DNA of 64,000 nt from Psammoneis japonica. Its lineage: Eukaryota. The notes under the pieces were generated by a model. That model had not been told where the DNA came from. It ran no database searches and worked only from the letters and a program-made list of their open reading frames with translations. Of this stretch, positions 1 through 12,900 are shown in pieces. Position 1 is the first letter of the stretch. The number at the start of each line of letters is the position of its first letter. The stretch lies in assembly GCA_008632985.1 (NCBI GenBank), contig QPGO01000005.1, positions 248,001-312,000 of the forward strand. Direction: 5' to 3'. Made by a program: the position numbers and the translations under genes.

Positions 1-459
1 CGGTGCCTGCGACGAATAGAGTAATAAAGGTTCCGTTTTTTCACTATCATCCTGATCGTCATTAAGACCCATGGATGCCGGGGCAATCTTGTCTTCTTCT
101 AGATATATTGGCGACGTAGACGAAGCTGACGGCAAACGTCTTCTCGAAGAAAATGCCGACGCCGACGACTCTTCTGGGTATCGAATCGGAGTTAACGCGT
201 CCTGATCCAAAAGCATGTAGCCATGTGACATGTCAACTGGCGTCTCTTCCACCATGACTGCTGATTCTGATGTTGAGTCTTGCGCAATGCAGTTGTTCTA
301 TTGCATCGTTTGACACAGGTAAGATTTCTTTGTCGTTGCCGTTTGCCGTTCCATCCTCGCTGCTCGCTGCGCTCTGGAATCTCCTCTTGTCAGCTTGTCA
401 GTGTACCGTATCGTCATTGTCTGCTCAAACAAGCCATGGCGGGACAAGAAATCATCATG

Positions 460-880
460 AGACATGAACGCGGGGTCCACAGAACTCGAAAGAGGTGCTG
501 CAGGGCTGATCAGTCCACAGCAATGCTGCCATGACTGTTTGATCCTTCTTTGAAAAAAAAAAAGCTCACCTTGCTGCACCCCCACTTCTGAGGTGCAGCA
601 TGATGGGGCACACGAGCACTCGTCGTCCAAGAAGCAGGGGTCATTGTGGCAACAAGACAAGCTGCAGTCACAGTGGTGGCTTGTTGGTGGTTCCAAAGGT
701 GCTGCCCAAACTTTGCAAACTGATGCACCTTCTTTTTGCAGTGTTTTTCTGTGCTGCAAAAAAAGGATGTGTTGGTGCCCCCCCCCCCGCCAGCAGCACG
801 GAGCCACAAGCGCTGAAACTTGCCCAGCTGCCCTCAACTGTGGCAAAAGCTGCAAAAAATTCTTGAGAAGAAAAAGTCAA
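460..880. repeat. Partial copy 1 of dispersed repeat R1
   Basis: Shares motifs such as 'caaaggtgctgcccaaactttgcaaac' and 'tgtggcaaaagct...ttcttgagaagaaaaa' with 4170-4640 and 7800-8250. Confidence 0.75.
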
Positions 881-1399
881 TGAGTTTCATTGACAAGAGA
901 GCTTCAAGAGTCAGTCAGAGGATGCAGATGACTGAGTTCCCAGTTTTGTGCAACAGCGCATCAGAGCGCGCACATTGCAGTGATCGACCCCTCCCTTCTC
1001 ACAGTGATTTTCACTCCTTTTGCAGGTAAATTTTTTGTGGTTTCAAACCTTGTTAGTTGTGCAGCTGGCAACAATCATTTGACTGTGAAAGGTGATTGTT
1101 TTTGCTGTGAAGTCCTCTTCTTAACTGCAAGAAATCAACATCATCAACTTGTTTGGCAGCCTCCCCCTTTTCCCATCAGCATGCGTGCACTCCATTGCTG
1201 CAGAAGCTGATGATCAACATCATTTGTTTTGTTGTGCTACATTTTGATTTTCATGTTCAATGTGATTTGTGCAATGAATTTGTGCCGCCTTTCTCAATCA
1301 ACAATGAACTGTTGCTTTTGCTGCTTCACATGGACTGCCAAGAATGAACACCAAGTTGACATGCCATGGTGTCTGCCACATTTCATTTTCAACTGGCTC

Positions 1400-2601
1400 A
1401 TGCTGGAGTTGCTGTTTGGTCATCTTTGTCATTGGCTTTTTCACTCTCTTTGTCTTCCTCCTCATCTTTTCTGTTGCCAGGTGTTTCTGTTTTGTCTTCG
1501 TCCTCCTCGTCGTTGCCAGAAAGCTCTGTCGTTGCTGGTGTTCTCGTCTCCACCTCCGCTGGTTTTTTGTTGGTTCTGCCCTTTTTCCTTTGCCTTTGCT
1601 CTCCCTTTTCTTTCCATTGGTGCACCATGTGTTGAGCTGCACACCTGGCTCACTTGCCCTGTCTTCCTTTGCTGCACCCCCCCAAGCAGGGCTTTGAGCT
1701 GCTCAATTCCTTCATCCTTTCAAGAGTCGCGCTGCCGTGTCTCGGGTCTGCACACTTGGGCACCAGTTTTGTTTCCTTCTCCTCCTCTTCACTCCCTTTC
1801 TCCTTTCCTTTCTGCATGGCCTTGTGCTCCCAAACCTTCCAGCAGCTTTCCAACATCAACAGCACCAGTGCCTTGTTGCTTGCCACAGCTGGCTCTGCAG
1901 CCTTGGTGCTGCCGGACTGACTTCACCATCCTTCTCCACATCGCAGTGCTCTTGATGCATGTTGGAATGTTGTCATGGAGCCACAGCTGTGTGTGCCTCT
2001 TCATTTGTCTGCTTCTCATGCACAATGGTGCCCCCACTGTCTCATGCTCCCAAGTTGCCAGAAGCTGTTCTTCCATGTCTGCTTGGGCCTTTTTGCCCCT
2101 CTTGCTTTTTTTGGCTCTCTTTGTGGGTTTCTTCCTCCCACAAACTTCCTTGGCTTGTTCTTCTGTCATCATGACTGCAGCAAAACAAGAATCTTGTTGG
2201 CAGCACCACCCAATGCTGTTTTGGAAATGCACCCCGCAGCACTTGCCACTCATCACACTCTTCATTGTTGTCTGACACACGGTGTTTCTTTTCACATTGA
2301 CTGCATTGAGGATGCACTTCTTCGCCCAGTCCTCCCATGACCCTGCTCATTTGCATTTGCTGAACTTGCCATCCACCATGTTTTTCCGCACTGGCCTTGA
2401 CACCTTGCCACCACTTGCCACGCCCACCTTCACAAGGAATTTTGCTTTTGGGGTGACTCTCTGCACCACTTCTTCCACCTCTCTCTTCAGAGATTGGTGA
2501 TCTCCAGCAGCTCCCGCCTGCGGCAACGCTGCTGTTGGCCTTGGGCTGGTTGGTGGTGCCTCTGCCAGCACCCCATGCTTTGTTGCCTTCTTCCTCACCA
2601 T
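1400..2601 (-). pseudogene. Decayed ORF, probably transposon-associated hypothetical protein
   Basis: Protein-like minus-strand fragments in shifting frames (2347-2601, 1789-2295, 1650-1886 'ALVLLMLESCWKVWEHKA...PKCADPRHGSATLE', acidic tail 1398-1628). Family assignment is only an impression. Confidence 0.35.
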
Positions 2602-2837
2602 TGCGTTTGACTCAATGTGTTGTGTTGACTGCTTGCAACTGTTGCAATCGTGTTGTGCAACAGGTCTTCAGAGGAAGACCAATGTTGCAAAAATTTCAAA
2701 CCTCTCTCTTGACATTCAACATGTGACACTCATCCCAATGCTTCTGAATTTTAACCCCCATTCCTTTCAAAAACAATCACAGCTGGAAATGTGCAAGTGC
2801 CCCATTGAATCTCAGACCCGTTGCAGCAGTGGAAATT

Positions 2838-3593
2838 GGGGTGTAATTTGGGGTGCAATTTGGGGGTGTAAAAACACATCGTGCAAATTTGCACCCCAAA
2901 ATTGCACCCAATTTTCTCACAACTGCAAGAGTGTAAAATTGGGTGTCTGCAATTCTGCGAGAAATGACACATGCATTGAATGTGTGCTCCTCAAAAATTG
3001 TTGACAACCAAGCAGGAATGACTCTGTGTCTCCAATTTCAGTCAACTTGCATGTGTGCGAAGCTGAACATTCTGTTGACAGCATCAAAAACACCATGGCA
3101 TTTGGCGGCTCTGCTGCAACCTTGTGCACATCAAATCATTGTTCTGACAAGTCCAGCCCACTCACAACAATGTGATCAACATCATGTGTTGCTGTTGCAT
3201 CCACAGCCAAGGTTTCAGCAACCACATGACATGTTGTTCTTCTAAAATGGCACAAACTGCAGCATGAACTTGCGTTGATTTTGTTGTCCATCAATGGCAA
3301 TCTCATCATTTTTCGCCATTGTTTCTTTCACAAACATGTCACAACAGCTCCCATCAACAAGTTCTTGCATCTTTTGCTGGCTGAAGTTCATCGTTGATTG
3401 TTGGTTGCCATTGTTGTTCAACATTCTGATGTATGTTGCCATCATGGACGATGATGAGTCTGTTTTTGTACAAAAAATTGCAGGCACTTACGAAAAATTG
3501 CAGGCAAAAATTGTGTGCCTCAGGAGGGGCAATTGTTGGCTGCAATTTTTTTAGGGTTTTTACACCCCAAAATTGCACCCCAAATTGCACCCC
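2838..3593. mobile_element. Non-autonomous TIR element (MITE-like)
   Basis: ~38-bp inverted repeats: 2838-2875 ggggtgtaatttggggtgcaatttgggggtgtaaaaac and 3556-3593 gtttttacaccccaaaattgcaccccaaattgcacccc. No TSD resolved. Confidence 0.7.
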
Positions 3594-3614
3594 TTTGTCA
3601 CGACTGGGGTGGGT

Positions 3615-4787
3615 CTCAGGCTCCTGCTTCTGCAAATGACTGCACAAGGCACCACTTCCAAAGATTGCAACAACCAGACATTGATTTTTAACAGCATGGC
3701 AACAGCCCAGGCTTGCACAATGTGATTGTCCCTGTTGGGCATGGAAAGAACAAGAGGGGTTGGAGTTTTGTTTGTGCGCCACAATTGTCCCCGGTTTAAA
3801 GCAAGCATGTGTGCAAAAAGCACAAAATCCAAAAATCCATCAGCTCGATGGAAAAGAAATGCTGTGTCAGCAAACAATTGAAGGACAAAATCAACTGGCA
3901 CTTGAAATGTTTGTGGGGTTGACAACAACCTCAACATGAAAAACCAGCCAATTGACCAGCCGGCCAGGAGTCAAAACGGTGCCCCACCAACAAAAAAACA
4001 GAAATTTGTGTGAAGCCCCAGAGCCTTTCAAAGTCATTGGGTGTTGTTTTGCGCACAAAGACCGCTTGCAAATTTGGTCATTTTAAAAAGAGTTGTTGTC
4101 CCCAAACACCCTGACTTCATCTTCCCCTGTCTGTTTCCAGCCCGGCAGGGGTCAGGGCAGGGGACGGATGCAGATGGACATGAGTGCGGGAGCCCACAGA
4201 ACTCAAAAAATTGCTGCGGGGATGCTCAGCATGCACTGAGTTGGCAATGCTGTTGTGAGTGTTTGGCCCTTCTTTGAAAAAAACTTGCCTTTTTCTTGCA
4301 CCTCCACTTCTGAGGGGTGTCTGAGGAGCATGTCAACCCAAGCTCTCAGAGCAGGCAAGCGCTTCAAGCAGGGGGTGTTGCAGCAATGTTGTTGTGAAAA
4401 ACAAAAGTTGTGGCCACAATGGTGGCTTTTTTGGGGGCTTCAAAGAAAAGCTGTGGCCACAGCAGTGGCTTTTTGGGGGGCTTCAAAGGTGCTGCCCAAA
4501 CTTTGCAAACTGGCGCGTGCAACACCATCTGCAATTTTTTCTGTGATGCAAGAAAGGCTGCATCATCTCTCCAGCACAGTGCCAAGTTGAAACTTGCCTG
4601 GCTGTGGCAAAAGCTCCAAAAAAATTCTTGAGAAGAAAAAGCTTGGGAGAAGCAAAAAATGAGAGAGAAACAAAAAAAAGAAAGGTGAAAAAGAAAAAAG
4701 AAAGGCAGCCCTGCAACACGCCAAGAGGAACATCATCCACCAGCACCGCCCCTGCACTCTGCTGCCCACTTTTTTTTTGTCATCTGC
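3615..4787. repeat. Copy 2 of repeat R1
   Basis: Colinear with 6915-8475 from 'ctcaggctcctgc...tgcaaatgactg' to 'ttttttgtcatc'. Confidence 0.8.
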
Positions 4788-4859
4788 TGCCCACTCAGTT
4801 CGAGAAGAAGCAGGAGAGGCAATGCTTCTCACACAAACCAATGCACAAACCAACATTCT

Positions 4860-6475
4860 TTGTCGTGGCATTTTCACTGTGTTTTCTGCTGCTTGCCATG
4901 TCCGTGCAGTTTTCAATGCATCTTGCAGAAAATTGGCGTTGGTGCAATCGCTGCATTGACACATGCTGCGTTGACTTGCGTTCATTTTTCGACACTGCTT
5001 GGGAGTCAAAAATCAAAACATCATGTCACTGATGAGGGTCTTGCCATTGGCATCATGTGCATGTTCGAATCCGCCAACAGACACAGGCTTCAACATGTCG
5101 TTGTGTGGCTCACGCATGGACACATTGCACAACCATTTGTTCACTCATTTCTTGTTTCCATCTTCATCTTTAATGAGAATCAAGTCTCATGTGTTGGGAG
5201 ACTGCACTGTGTCAGGATGATTTGACAACCAGTGCACAAAAATGCCTTTCGGATCTCAGGGGAAACTTTGTGAGGATGCCGACGGGGTTGCACTGAAGAC
5301 CACATGACATCGTCAGTGTTTGAAATCAAGGCCTCTCTGGCAATCTTTCCCTTCTTCATTTGGCAATGAACAGTGCTCCGTTTCAGGCCAAGTGCCTTGG
5401 TGTAGTCATGGGAAGACAACTTTTCCTCTTCAGCAGATTTTTCTGGTGAACCGGAGATTCCAGTTGCCAGAGCACGGACAAACGATTTTTTGTCATTGGT
5501 GAGGTGTTGACCATTGCTGGTGTTGTTGGCACGTGCCCACATTTTGCCCAACTGCTTGGTGATTTGCAAGGCCACAGAATTTGTTTTCGGCAATGTCAAA
5601 TTACAAGCCTGAAGAAATGGGGCTAACTCGGGAAAATGCAAAGCGTGCACAAAGGCACAGATTTGTTGTTCTTGTGTGGCTGCACAAGACAACACTCCTT
5701 CTCTTGCTTTGACCACTGCACAACAAAGTGCCTGTTGGGGATCTTTGTGGGTTGCTTTGAATGCATGAGGATCAAAAGTGGGGCAACCTTTGGAGGTGGT
5801 GAGGTTGACAGCAGCTTGGTTGGCCGAAGCGACAGAGGGAGTGACGGCGGCATTGTCAGAGTTGGGGTTGGAGGGAGTGGCGGCCACTCCTGCAGTGTGC
5901 ATTTGGGAGGGGCCTGGCTGTCTTGGCAAGGACGACCCTGGACAATGAGTGGGGTGTTCCTTGGAGGTGTTCGGGTTGAAAGCAGCCAGGTTGGTGGGAG
6001 CAACGGAGGGAGTGATGGTGGCATTGTCAGAGTCAGGGTTGGAGGGAGTGGCGGCCGCTCGTGCAGTGTGCATTTGGGAGGGGCCTGGCGGTCTTGGCAA
6101 GGACGACACTGGACAATGAGTGAGGTGTTCTGTGGAGGGGTTCAGGTTGAAAGCAGCCAGGTCGGTGGGAGCAATGGAGAGAGTGACGGAGGCAGCAGAG
6201 CTCGGGTTGTTCGGGTTGGAGGGAGCGGCTGCAGCTCCCTCAGCTGCAGCAACGACATGGGCGGAGACCGTGGAGTGTGTTTCAAGTTCACGACAAGGCT
6301 TCTTGTTTTTGCTGTTGCCAGTCCCTGACTTGTGTTGACAGCCAACTCCATTTTGCTTCTTCCTCTTGTTGCCCACGATGCACTGGAAATTTGATTGAAA
6401 GTGTGCATCGAGAGGGCTGGTGGATGAGACGGACGGCAAGTCGAGAGGACACATTTTTTTGGCGCACTCAATCAA
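4860..6475 (-). pseudogene. Degenerate transposase-like/TE ORF with internal 57-aa repeats and a Cys-rich motif (frameshifted)
   Basis: 431-aa ORF 5180-6475 with an HTH-like 'KALGLKRSTVH' segment, continuing in other frames to 'PKQCRKMNASQRSMCQCSDC'. It interrupts repeat R1. Confidence 0.45.
5803..6230. repeat. 171-bp tandem repeat (~2.5 copies) inside the TE-like ORF
   Basis: 'ggacaatgag' at 5940 and 6111. The peptide TPSNP...SSLPR.PGPSQMHTA is repeated. Confidence 0.85.
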
Positions 6476-6770
6476 ATTAACTGCATTGTGTCTGCAGAAA
6501 TGAGGTGTGTTTGGACGTCAGTTGAGTTGAAGAAGACCAAACACACGAGCTCTGAAAAATGAAAAAGTGAGTGATCACGAGCATTTTTCACGCAGAATGG
6601 GACACCAGCCGAAAATCACATTTGGCACAATTGAGTCCTTCATTTTTGATCATTTCGAAAATCGAAAGGCAAGTGTACACCCGAAAACACATGTGGTGTA
6701 CACTCACCCTTCGATTTGGCAAAAAACGGATTTTGAAAAAGTCATTTGCGCTGAACCTAAAAATGGGCAA

Positions 6771-6812
6771 ATGATGGGAATCGAACCCACACGCGGAGCA
6801 CCTGGAGCTGGA
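6771..6812 (-). pseudogene. tRNA-like remnant (T-arm/B-box only)
   Basis: Minus strand reads gtgtgggttcgattcccatcat, nearly identical to the T arm of the tRNA at 8577-8648. No D arm or A box seen. Confidence 0.5.
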
Positions 6813-6914
6813 ACAGGCCGGAAGAAGCTTGATGACAGGGAAATGAAAGGCATGTCATTGGCATTGAACAAGTTTCTCAATTGCTTCAGATGCACAAGAG
6901 GGCTCCAAGAAGGC

Positions 6915-8475
6915 TCTCAGGCTCCTGCTGCAAATGACTGTGCAAGGCACCACAGCCAAAGACTGCAATCATCAAAGACATTGATTTTCAACAACATGGC
7001 AACAACCCAGACTTGTGTCACATGATTGTCCTTGTCAGGCATGGAAACAAGAGGAGGTTGAGTTTTTGCTTGTGCACAATGATCCCATGTTTGAAGTGAG
7101 CGTGTGTGCAAAAAGTGCAAAATCCAAAAATCTTTCATCAGCTCAATGGAAAAGAAGTGCTGTGTCACACCCACAGTGAAAGGGGGCAGCAAGCAATTAA
7201 AAGACAAAGACAACTGGCACTCAAATGTTTGTGGTTGATGACAACCAACCTGTTTGTTGGGGTCATCCAGTGCAGGTGGGGCACCTCAGCCCATTTCCAG
7301 GTTGCCAGCTCAAGCACGTGTGTGCGGAAAAAGGAAGGGACTCAAACCCGCCCTGACCAAAAACAGCCAATCGACTGGCCAAGAGGAATCAATGGCATCC
7401 CAACCACAAACTGACTGGGGCAAACAGTTTAAAATTTGGCATGTTTTGTGTTTGCTCACAGAGCAATTTGTGTGCAAAATCTCAGAGCCTTTGAAAGTCA
7501 TTGGGTGTTGTTTTGTGCACAAAGACCACTTGCAAACTTGGTCATTTTGAAAGAAGTTGTGTCAACCCCAAACCCAACTTCATTTTCCCCCATGTGTTTC
7601 CGGTCCGAGCAAATGAGCAACTCAAAAATCAGTGCTTCAGGTCTCTGCTGCGCAGCCACCCTGGCACAATGGAGCATGGCTTGCATCTTCTGCCAGGGCC
7701 AAGCGCATCCTGAGCAGACTTGTCAGCCCCAAACCCTGACTCTTTGCCTTCTCCCATCTGTCTCGGCCTCTGGTCCAGTCAGGGTCAGGGCAGGGGGGGG
7801 TGCAGACAGACATGAGCACGAGAGCCCACAGAGCTCAAAGAGTTGCTGCAGGGCTGACCGGCATGCAACAAGTCAACAATGCCGCCATGAGTGTTTGGCT
7901 CCTTTTTGGGAAAAGGTGCACCTTGCTCTTGCACCCCCGCTTCTGAGGGGTGTGCGAGATGGGCATCAACCCAAGCTCTCGCCAAAGCAGGCAAGCACTC
8001 CAAGCAGGAGGTGTTGCAGCGATGTCACCACAAAAAAGAAAAGCTGCAGCCACAGCAGCGGCTTTTTGATGTCTTCAAAGGTGCTGCTCAAACTTTGCAA
8101 ACCAACGCATGTGCAATGTCCTCTTGTTGCAAATCCCTCTGTGCAGCAAAAAAGGCTGCATCATCTCTCCTCCAGCGTGGTGCCAAGTCAAAACTTGACC
8201 TTGCCTCCTGGCTGTGGCAAAAGCTCTAAAAACAATCTTGAGAAGAAAAGGCCTGGGGAAAGCAAAAAATGAGAGAGAAACAAAAAAAGAAAGGCAAAAA
8301 AAGAAGTGCATGAAACAAAAAAAGAAACAGCAGCAACCTTCTGCAAGTTGCCAAGAGGAACAATTTCCTCCACGGCCGCTGCAAGGCAGTCAGCTTCTGC
8401 AAGATGCCAAGAGGAACGATTTCCAGCACAGCCTCTGCACTCTGCTGTCCACGTTTTTTTTTTTTGTCATCCGCT
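6915..8475. repeat. Copy 3 (longest) of repeat R1, running into the tRNA-Arg-like gene
   Basis: Colinear with 3615-4787 and 460-880, with extra internal segments. Confidence 0.8.
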
Positions 8476-8576
8476 TGGGAAGCAGAAGCTTGGTTTTTCT
8501 TTTACGTTCCGCCGGTGCGATGTTTTCTGCTGCCGCCTTGTTTTTTGCTCTTGCTTGCGAGCTCCAAAAGAAGATT

Positions 8577-8648
8577 TTTCGATGATGGGACTCGAACCCA
8601 CAACCTATGGATTAGAAGTCCATCGCGCTACCTTTGCGCCACACCGTG
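8577..8648 (-). tRNA. tRNA-Arg(TCT)-like gene with an imperfect acceptor stem (possible pseudo-tRNA)
   Basis: Minus strand CACGGTG TG GCGC AAAGGTA GCGC G ATGGA CT TCT AA TCCAT AGGTT GTGGG TTCGAGT CCCAT CATCGAA A. D, anticodon and T arms pair, but positions 1:72 and 2:71 do not. A TTTT run follows about 8 nt downstream. Confidence 0.8.
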
Positions 8649-9989
8649 CATAAGGTGGTTTTTCAGCTACTTAAACTTTCTCCCAGCCTCTGCCAACGGG
8701 CAGTTTTCGTGTTCTCCATCAGCAGTTTTAAATGGGGGTCACACGTCCCCACGTTTATCCAAAAATTACCGTGGCATTTGAATTGCCGGTGGGATTTTAC
8801 GGTCTTCATTTTTGAACACAAAAATCATTCACACTTTCACACCCAATCGTGGTCGTGCACGAAAATGAGAACATCGGGTGCCACGATCCAAGCGCGCCAT
8901 CATGACGACAGTCGTGGATCTCTCCAAAGCATGGTGGGCAGTTCACAAACATTTGGTGTGTGTGTGTGTGTGTGACCTTCAACACAAAACAAGCACAATG
9001 TGTGCAAGAGTTGACAAAGCCTCCCCCCCTTTCATGGACTTGTGGCTTGCTGTTTTCACTGCGGCGCCGGGGCCTGGCAAAACTCAAAAAATCATGTGAG
9101 TCGCTGGCCACCCAGAATTTGGACACAACAGCTCATGATTTTCAGCTGAAAAAAGTTTGCCGCACTTGCAACATGCCAGCAATGGCATTTTCAGATGATG
9201 CAGCAGGTGAGTGCAAAGAAGTGTTGCCGCCTCTGTGCTCGCTTTGCTTCAGAACATTGCTCTCTGTGCAAAAGATGACTGACATGGTGTGACAGTGTGG
9301 TGGCAGAATGCTGCATTTTTGAGAAAGGTCTGTGCATGTGAGCTGGCACTGACACAACTGCCCACACCACAAAAGTGCACACTCATGGCTGCTGCTGCTT
9401 TTTTTCTCATCAAGCGCCACAAGAGACCAGAGACAAAGGGTGAAAAGGCGCCAAACAGAGTCATGAAAAGGCGCAAATCTCTGAAAAGAAGATGCCTTCA
9501 GCGGCATTGCACCAAGCCAGAAGTGGTGCCAATTGTGTTGGATTTTGGACTCATGCTCTGAGTTGTGTCAGTTTGTTGTGCCATGCCAAGAGCCGTGGTG
9601 ACAAGTGACAAGCCTCCAATGGCAGACACTGACTTGCCATTGAATGACTCTCAAGACAGGTCTCAAACCAGTGTTCATTCTGTCCAAGAATTGTCAAATG
9701 GCTTCCTTGAGACACCAACATGTGTCAGAGTCTGATGCAGCTGGCTGACAAGCACTTGGAGCCAGTTGCAAGAGGGTTCTCTCATCAAGCATTGAACATG
9801 AAGGTTCTGGGCATGACAAGAAAATGAATCAAAGCACACAATGAGCTCAGTTGGAACTGTGGGATGGTTCATCAAAATGTTTGTCTCAGTGCACCTGTGA
9901 TGCACCTTTTTCCAGCCTTTGCATGCAGGCAGCTCTCGTGTGTCCTCCATCCAGCCACATTATTTTGTGTGTGTTGGACATGAAACAAC

Positions 9990-12900
9990 TTGTGTGTGTT
10001 GGACATGAAAAAACACATCAAATGGAAAAGAATGCTCGGCAATGAACTGTGTGTTAAAAATGACACAACAAATTCTCACAAGGATCAGCAAATCATGCTG
10101 TGGCAGGTGAGGCTCTGCAGCCCACCACAGGTGGGAAAAAAGCTGGTCGACCGGCTTTTCTTGAGGTCCATTTTGAGTGTTGAGCTGGCACCACTTTCTG
10201 CACAAAGCTGCAGGGCTTGGAACCATTTTTCAAGATGCATGAGATGACAATCAAAATGCCACAAGACCAAACTCTTTAATCACTTTTGACCAACCATGCT
10301 GGGAACAATCTGTGCACAAGAGTTGCAGGTTGTTGCAGTGATGTCAGGTGCATTGTCTCAGAAAGCTGTTGCACAGAAATGCACAGCACAATTTGAGCCA
10401 GAAAAAAGAGCAAACAAGAGCATTTTTTGGATGGGTTCTGTGACATTCTCTCCCATGAAAAGTGTGCCAGAAAATTTGTGAGCAAACCAAGCATCTTTTC
10501 ATGCACAGAACTCCTGCATGGAAACATGCCAGCTTGGCTGGCTTTTTTCCTCTGACCGGCTTTCTTCTTGTCTGTGGCAATCTGTGGTCAACATGTCTCC
10601 CTTTCTGCTTGTGTGGCAGGCACAACTCTCCCTTGTTCCTTTGTGGGTGTGCTTCACCTGCACATGCACCTGCGGACAAAAAAAGACACTTTTGCAATTT
10701 TTGCATGGCCAACAACTTGTGATGATGAGGCTGTGTTTTGAGTGGAAAACAATGTCTCCACTTGTCTGCAGCCATTTTGGTGTGCTGCCAAGGACAAGAG
10801 CTGCTGCACAGCAAGCAAAAACTGGTGGCTGCTCCTCATTTCCCATCTTTGTTGAGCCAGACTGCTGCACCACAACCCAAAGGATTGTTGATCTTGAGAG
10901 CAAAATTTTGTCTGCACTTGCGAGCAAAAAAAAATTGACAGAAGCTCCTCTCAGCTCTTGTTGCTCAAGCACTTGTTTGGGGGGCACAGTGCTGCAAATC
11001 AGATGGTTGTTTTTGCCTTGCACAAAGAGTGCTTTGAAGCTGGTGACAAAACTTCTCATGCCAGCACAACATGAGTGGAAATGACTTCATGCACTGAACC
11101 ACATTTGGAGAGCTCTGCATGGGTTTCTCTTGACTTTGTGGCTGCAGAAGTGGTGCCAGCAGATGGTGCTGTAGAGTGTGAAAGAATGATGTCTCATGTG
11201 CTTTGAAAAGAAAATGGCAAACTGTGGTGCGCACAATGCTGAAATGGACCTGTTGCACTCAACAGGTTTTGCAGGTCTTGTTGGCACATGTCTCTTGAGA
11301 AAGCCAGCATGCAAGGTTGCAAAAGCAGATCTGCATGACAGAGAAATGTCCATGTGAGCTGAGCCAGATGCAACAGATTTTTGGTGTCATTTTCATGTTG
11401 AATGAATTTAGAGTGGGTGGTCAAAATGCCCTGAGAGCAGGGTGCAAAAACTTCTTCTCTCTTTCTCTCTTCAAAGTTGCTGAAAGAAAATCACCACAGG
11501 GGTCATCTGCAGTTGTTGACCTGACCTGAGCACAAAAGAGAAATGGTCTCCACAGACCAAGTTGATGTGCCAGTCCCAGCGGCATCATTTTTGTTGCCAC
11601 AAAGTGCTGGAAAGTGACTGCTGCTGTGAGCGGACATGTTTGCTGTCATGTCTGGCATTGCTTTGGGTGTTTGCTTCTCATCAAGGATGTGTGCCCCCCT
11701 TGGAGTTTGCACAAGGCAATTTTTGACACCAACATTCCAGATGATTGACTGCACTCAAATGCCAACAACATCATGTCAGTTGATGCAATTGTCATGGCGC
11801 GCATCACCCACCTGGCTGGTGTGCTGGAGCATGTCTGTGCTGCTGTGTGAACAAGTCACCAATGTTTGTCACCCTTGTTGCGAAACAAAAAGCAGCACTT
11901 TTGCTCCTGTCAGATGCTGTTCTGTGAGAGATGTTCTGAACAAAGTGCTTCATCTCATTGTCAAAGAGAGTTTTCTTTGTGGCAGGCAAGGCTGCAATCT
12001 GGGGAGGGCAGCACATCTCACTCACAATCTGGGGGGGGGGGGGGCACATCTCACTCTCTGCTGTCAAGTGGAGAACAATGCCCTTGCTCTTTTGTGGTTG
12101 CTTTGGTGCACCAAGACAAGACCTGCTGAGCAGCATGCCAAAAAAGCCAGTGGTTGATCCTCAACTCCTGTTTTCATTGTGCAGTCTGTGTCACAAACAA
12201 GAAAGTGTTGTTGGTTTTGAGAGCAAAGTTTTGTTGTTTGTCCTTGTGGGCAAAACATTTGAAAAAACTTTCAGCTCTTGCTCAAACGCTTGTTTGTTGG
12301 GGGAGCACAATGCTGCAAATCAGATGTTTTCTTTCTTGCCTTGCACAAGAAAGAGTGCTTTTGAACTTGGAACAAAACTTCTCATGCCACAAAACATGCA
12401 GAAATGACTTTGTGCTCTGCGCAGATTGCCTGGCATGTGTTTTTGAACAAGTCACTGTGGCAGTGTGCAGCTGCATTTTTAACAACTTCCTTGTCTTAAC
12501 TTTGTGACTGCAGAAGTGGTGGCAATCAACAGTGTGCAGTGTGCTGGACATTGCATGTTTTGAGGAAGTGGCAAACACACAGGTGCATTTCTGCACTGGG
12601 GTGGGCCTTCTGTGCATTCAAAGGATTTTGCAGGTCTTGGCATGTCTCTTGAAAGTCAGCATGCTGGGTTGCCAAAGCGGTTCATCTGCAGCGGAGGAAA
12701 ATGACCATGAGCTGACTCAGATGTGGCAGATTTGATGGCACTGTTTTTGTGTTGAATGACTTTGGAGCAGGCCTCAAAACAGCCTGAGAACAGCACAGTG
12801 CAAAAACTTCTCTCTGACCTCCTCTCTTGAAAGTTGCTGAAATCACCATGGTGAGGGTCACACGTGGTTGTTGACCTGGACAAAAGAGAAATGTCACCTG

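Noticed and set aside
2838..2945. Telomere-like or CRISPR-like short repeats (ggggtgcaattt)
   Set aside because: Only a few units, mirrored 700 bp away as a TIR. No spacer structure, no cas genes, and a eukaryotic context.
8955..8974. (GT)n microsatellite; also the 14-bp duplication near 27787-27815
   Set aside because: Ordinary slippage products with no further structure.
9300..9950. Possible hAT transposase dimerisation-domain remnant
   Set aside because: Similarity is too weak after mutation to support by eye.
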